A stretch of DNA of 64,000 nt, from assembly GCA_965248395.1 (NCBI GenBank), contig OZ252103.1:233396-297395 (forward strand). The letters are read 5' to 3'. Both the position numbers and the translations under genes were made by a program. Shown one piece after another: positions 59,583 through 64,000 of the stretch; within the stretch, counting starts at the first letter, position 1, and each line of letters begins with the position of its first letter. Origin of the DNA: a bacterium. Its GTDB lineage: Bacteria; JAAXHH01. Below the pieces are notes generated by a model. The model saw only the letters and a program-made list of their open reading frames with translations. It searched no databases and was not told the origin of the DNA.

Positions 59583-60915
59583 GGGTCTGTCACGGATTTT
59601 GTGTAACTGACAGTTTCATGTGATGGGCACTCTGTCTTCGTACATGATGATGAACTGGTTGATTGCGGCTGTCCAGTGGACAAGGGGCCGGGTCCACCTT
59701 CGGGACAGATTGAGCAGGGCCAGATAGAGCAGTTTCCTGGCCGCCTCGTCCGTGGGGAAAGCGCCTCTGGTCTTGATGATCTTGCGCAGGCCCCGGTTCA
59801 TGGATTCGATGGCATTCGTAGTGTAGATGACCTTCCTGATCTCCTGTGGGAAGGCGAAGAACGGGGTCAGATGGTCCCAGTGTCTGCGCCATAGCCGGCT
59901 GATCGTGGGATATTGCTTATCCCAGTGTTCGGCAAAGCGATAAAGCGCGGCCTCAGCCTGCTCCAAGGTAGCGGCCTGGTATATCGCCCGGAGATCCTTG
60001 GCCACCTGCTTACGGTCCTTCCAGGAGACGTAGGTCAGGCTGTTACGCACCATGTGGACGATGCAGAGCTGCACCTGGGCCTTGGGGTACACCGTCTCTA
60101 TGGCCTGGGGGAAGCCGGTGAGGCCGTCGCAACAGGCGATGAAGATATCGGCAACGCCCCGGTTCTTCAGTTCGGTCAGTACGTGGAGCCAGAACTTTGC
60201 CCCTTCGTTCTGCTCGATCCAGAGCCCCAGGAGTTCCTTGTCGCCGCGCAGGTTAACGCCCAGGGCCAGGTAGACCGCCTTGTTCCGTACGCTGCCGCTA
60301 TCACGTATCTTGACGAACAGGGCATCCAGGAACAGGATCGGGTAGATCTCATCCAGGGGCCGCGACTGCCAGGCCAGGGCCTCGTCGGTCACGGCGTCGG
60401 TGATCCGCGAGACCAATTCGGGCGAGATGGACACCCCGTAGAGGTCTTCGATATGGCCCTGGATATCCCGGGTGCTCATGCCCCTTGCGTACATGGAGAT
60501 GATCTTGTCGTCGAAGTCGGGCCAACGCGTCTGGTACTTGCGGATCAACTTCGGATCGAAGCTGCCTTCGCGGTCCCGGGGGATCTCTACCGGCAGAGCG
60601 CCCTTGTCGTCCTTGAGCGTCTTGGTGGTCTTGCCGTTGCGACTGTTGCCGCGGTTCCTGCCATCGGGGGCATGCTTCTCGTAGCCGAGATGATCGGTGA
60701 GCTCGGCTTCCAGGATCCGCTCGGCCATGCGCTTCTTCATGCGCTTGAGCAGGCCGTCTTCGCCGAAAAGGTCCTCGGCGTCCACCCCGTCTTCCATAAG
60801 TTCATCGAGAAGACGGTCGATCTTACCTGGGGGTTTTCTTTCTCTGGCCATAGCACTTCCTCCTTTTGAGCAAGATACAGGCTATTGCCAGTTACACAAA
60901 ACATGTTACAGACTC
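59583..60915 (-). mobile_element. IS256-family insertion sequence, copy 2 (1333 bp) inserted in hsdS, 8-bp target-site duplication CTGGAACG
   Basis: Identical to copy 1. The direct repeat CTGGAACG sits at 59575-59582 and 60916-60923. Confidence 0.85.
59616..60851 (-). CDS. IS256-family (Mutator-type) transposase (identical to the copy at 57135-58370)
   Basis: An identical 411-aa product. Confidence 0.85.
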   Translation of the reverse strand: MARERKPPGKIDRLLDELMEDGVDAEDLFGEDGLLKRMKKRMAERILEAELTDHLGYEKHAPDGRNRGNSRNGKTTKTLKDDKGALPVEIPRDREGSFDPKLIRKYQTRWPDFDDKIISMYARGMSTRDIQGHIEDLYGVSISPELVSRITDAVTDEALAWQSRPLDEIYPILFLDALFVKIRDSGSVRNKAVYLALGVNLRGDKELLGLWIEQNEGAKFWLHVLTELKNRGVADIFIACCDGLTGFPQAIETVYPKAQVQLCIVHMVRNSLTYVSWKDRKQVAKDLRAIYQAATLEQAEAALYRFAEHWDKQYPTISRLWRRHWDHLTPFFAFPQEIRKVIYTTNAIESMNRGLRKIIKTRGAFPTDEAARKLLYLALLNLSRRWTRPLVHWTAAINQFIIMYEDRVPIT

Positions 60916-60923
60916 CTGGAACG

Positions 60924-61447
60924 GGCCGATTCCGTGGTGTACACCGACCGACATCACGGCTAAGCCGGGGAAGTACCTCCTTCATACTGAGCGGAGCGTC
61001 ACTGCGGCGGGATTGGCCAGTTGCGCAGCACGACTGCTTCCTGTCGCCACTCTTCTCTTGTGCAGCCGTGCAACCATCGGGGAGATTAAGATCGTTGTAT
61101 CACCGGTATGCACTAACCAAGGCTTCAAGTCAATCGTCTGTAAAACCGATGTGTCGAACGAGTTTCTGTATTACCTGCTTTTGACATTTAAGCCGCAACT
61201 GATAGAGCGGGCCATCGGGTCAACTTTTCTTGAAATCAGTAAGTCTGATGTGGCATCACTTACATTACGTATCCCTACTCATACGGAACAGCACGCCATC
61301 GCCAACATTCTCTCCGACATGGACGACGAGATAACCGCACTGGAACATCGCCGGGACAAGACACAAGCAGTCAAGCAGGGTATGATACAGCAGCTTCTCA
61401 CCGGACGGGTACGATTGGTCGAATCAGAGAGAACTGCATATGCCTGA
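60924..61447 (+). pseudogene. hsdS: hsdS 3' part (target-recognition domain 2 and C-terminal conserved helix)
   Basis: PIPWCTPTDIT (the GxIPWxxxxDl HsdS motif) and the C-terminal conserved region EQHAIANILSDMDDEITALEHRRDKTQAVKQGMIQQLLTG. Confidence 0.7.
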
Positions 61448-64000
61448 CATTGAACATGAGATTCGTACTTGGCTTCACCAACAACAGGATTGGCTTCAGG
61501 AAGCGGTCGAGAAACTGCTCGCTACGGGCAGTTTGGACGATAGCGACATCCAAGCCATCACCGATCGTCTCAAGACCACGTCCGGGCAAAAGGTAACCAC
61601 TCACCGCACATTCGAAGGTATTGGATCTACCTCCGCTTCCTCGACTGCAGTACACCTCCTAGAAATCGGCGACATCTGCGGCATTGAGAATCTATGTCCG
61701 CACAGTCCCCTAAAGTTCGGAACTGGAAATCTTGCGGTGATCTACGGTCCCAACGGATCGGGAAAAACCGGTTACGTTCGCATCATCAAGCGAGCGTGTG
61801 GGAAACCCCACGCGACAGAGCTCAAGTCCAACGTCTTCGAATTTCGGCCTGCAAGGCAACTATGTCAGATTCGCTACAGTTTGGCGGGAAGCGAGCAATT
61901 GATTACATGGCAGGCAAACTCCACTCCGATACAGGACCTCCGAGCCGTCGATGTTTTTGACGCTGATGCTGCCACTTTTTATATCAGCCAAGAGAAAGCA
62001 ATCTCCTACACACCACCGACCATCAGTTTGTTCGAGGCGTTGGCATCTGTGTGCGACAGAATTAAAAAGAGACTTCATTTTGAACGGGATCGTCTGGTCA
62101 GCACACTCCCCTCTTTGCCGCCAGAATACCGTGCTACTAAAGCTGGTAAAGTTTATGCTGCGTTGAGATACGATATTAGCAAGCAAGAGATCCAAAGTCT
62201 AACACAATGGGGTCAGGATAACGAAGAAGAACTCAAGAAACTGACTGAACGTCTAAATGCGGACGACCCGGCAAAGTCCGCGCAATTAAAGCGTAAAACA
62301 AAGAGCCAACTTGACCGACTCGGTGCAGAATTGAAACACGCCGCATTCGCCGTTGGACCTCAACAGTTGGAAACCATTCGGAATTCTCGTAGGAAGGCAC
62401 ATCAGAAACGTAAGATAGCCACTGAAGTGGCTGACGCTCAGTTAGGTAGTGCTAAATTAGACGGCATTGGGACGGAAACGTGGAATGCACTATGGAAGGC
62501 AGCACGCCTTTATTCACAGACAGCCTATCCAGAATTTGAATTCCCCGTTACAGAGAACGGTGCCCTATGCGTTTTGTGTCATCAGGAATTGGCTCAAGAA
62601 GCACAGAATCGTTTGCAAGAATTTGAAGCATTTGTCCAAGGGGTAGTGGAGACTGAAGCTAAGTCGGCTGAAGAAGCCTACAGCAAAGCACTAGCGAGGT
62701 TGCCGACGCAGTGGGATGACGAGGAAACCCGTACGAGATGTGAGGTCGCCGGGCTGACCGATGAGGATTGGACCGAGAAATTAGGAGCCTTTTGGTCCAA
62801 ATTAGGCAAGGCCCGCGATGATCTCCTAAACGGCGAGGCAGATGCAGAGGCTGTCGCAATAGAGCCACCTGATGAACTTTTGACCGAAGTAGCATGCCGT
62901 GCCGAATCGTTGGAGCACGAAGCCCTGCAAAATGATGAGGATGCGAAGAACTTCGATCGGGAAAGGGCGATTCAAGAAAGGCTGAATCTGGAGGCTCTGC
63001 GCTGGACAGCACAGCAAGCTACTGCAATCCACTGCGATATTGCACGTCTAAAGAATATGAGGAAGTATGAGAAATGGGAGCAATTGGCGAACTCACGAAA
63101 GGTATCCCTTGAGGCTAGCCATGTCGCCGAGAAGGTAATCACGCAGGTGTACGTGGATCGGTTCAACCAGGAACTCAAGATGTTGGGTGCATCGCGAATA
63201 AAGGTTGAGCTAACCAAAACCCAAACGAAAAAAGGGCAAGCACTACATGGGCTTCGCCTGAAGGGTGTCAAACTGACAACAGAGAACGCACCTGAACAAA
63301 TTCTGAGCGACGGAGAGCGGCGCGTCGTTTCTCTGGCGGCGTTTTTGGCCGATGTGGCAGAGAAGCCTCACGCGGCACCATTCATTTTCGACGATTCGAT
63401 ATCGTCGCTGGATCAAGACTTCGAGTGGCAGGTGGCGACTCGCCTTGCACAACTAGCGCAGAGCCGTCAGGTCCTGGTGTTCACACATCGGCTTTCTCTA
63501 TATGGTGCGATGGAGGACGCCGCAAAGAAAGTTGGCCAAGATTGGAAGAATAGAAACCTCCAGCAATGCTGCATAGAATTTTTTTCAGGAACCGCAGGGC
63601 ACCCGGCGGATGATTCTGTTTGGAATGTCAACACCAAGACGGGAAACAATATCCTTTTGGCGCGTCTTGACGAGGCTAAAAATGCCGGTAAAACGGGTGG
63701 TGCCAGTGCTTACCGGATCCAAGCGCAGGCGATTTGCACTGAATTTCGAAAGCTTCTGGAGCGAACAGTCGAAGATGACCTACTGAACAAAATAGTACGA
63801 CGCCACCGAAGGAGTATCACGACCGACCATAGACTTAAACCACTTGCAAGTATAATCCCTAGTGACTGCAGGTTTATAGATGATCTTATGACTAAGTACT
63901 CAGGCTATGTGCACAGTCAGTCAGAGGAAGCGCCGATTCCACTACCTGATGAGGCAGAACTGCGGAAAGACATGGAGTCGCTGAAGAATTGGCGCGAGGA
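61441..64000 (+). CDS. RloC-like anticodon nuclease (ABC-ATPase head with coiled-coil CxxC zinc-hook insert plus C-terminal PrrC-type nuclease region); 3' end beyond window
   Basis: ATG 61441 overlaps the hsdS stop (ATGCCTGA). The frame is open for more than 850 codons to the window end. It is absent from the ORF track because there is no in-window stop. Walker A VIYGPNGSGKTG, a long coiled-coil-like segment with CVLC at its centre, the signature-like LSDGERR, Walker B IFDDSISSLD, and a C-terminal R-x3-E (FRKLLER) followed by His residues. Confidence 0.65.

Noticed and set aside
1-64000. tRNA, rRNA or integrase genes marking the islands
   Set aside because: None were recognisable by eye in any intergenic region. 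The low-GC inserts (fic, ecsC, the islet, the R-M/RloC island) have no adjacent tRNA or integrase within the window.

Overview
This 64 kb window comes from a GC-rich bacterial chromosome. It is mostly core metabolism and envelope biogenesis, with several visibly AT-richer inserts. In order:

(1) A 5'-truncated class-II Fic gene in an AT-richer patch.
(2) A minus-strand glycosylation module: GT4/GT1, a GT2 polyprenol-phosphate glycosyltransferase, another GT4, and a DUF2723/GT-C-like membrane protein with a TPR tail.
(3) A metallophosphoesterase and a classic rib operon (ribD-ribE-ribBA-ribH-nusB, minus strand). It is divergent from ilvE and has no recognisable FMN riboswitch.
(4) An AT-richer EcsC-family gene.
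(5) A TolB-like beta-propeller gene and a putative outer-membrane protein gene.
(6) A Na+-pumping oxaloacetate-decarboxylase-type operon (oadG-oadB-oadA order).
(7) An amidohydrolase, MsrA, an MlrC-like peptidase, a PhyH dioxygenase, HU/IHF, a TPR protein, an M1 aminopeptidase, MerR, Der and a DUF512 radical-SAM/PDZ protein.
(8) leuCD translationally coupled to a cytoplasmic multi-GAF histidine kinase, a REC-PP2C response regulator and a GNAT protein.
(9) A Big_2 lipoprotein, then an oxygenase-rich cluster: three PhyH-family genes and an IPNS-like 2OG oxygenase. They sit with a creatininase-family hydrolase, a P-loop kinase-like protein, an aminotransferase, a CUT1-type ABC transporter whose binding protein is fused to a permease, a 2Fe-2S ferredoxin, an SDR epimerase and P5C dehydrogenase. 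One AT-rich islet of three orphan ORFs is inserted in it.
(10) A lower-GC defence island at the 3' end: type I R-M hsdM, then hsdS split by one of two identical IS256-family copies, each with an 8-bp target-site duplication. A decayed RHH/PIN toxin-antitoxin remnant lies between hsdM and hsdS. Downstream is a long RloC-like anticodon-nuclease ORF running off the window; it is absent from the supplied ORF track because it has no in-window stop codon.

No rRNA, tRNA or CRISPR array was recognised. Many of the long ORFs in the supplied track lie antisense to the genes above and are treated as high-GC artefacts.
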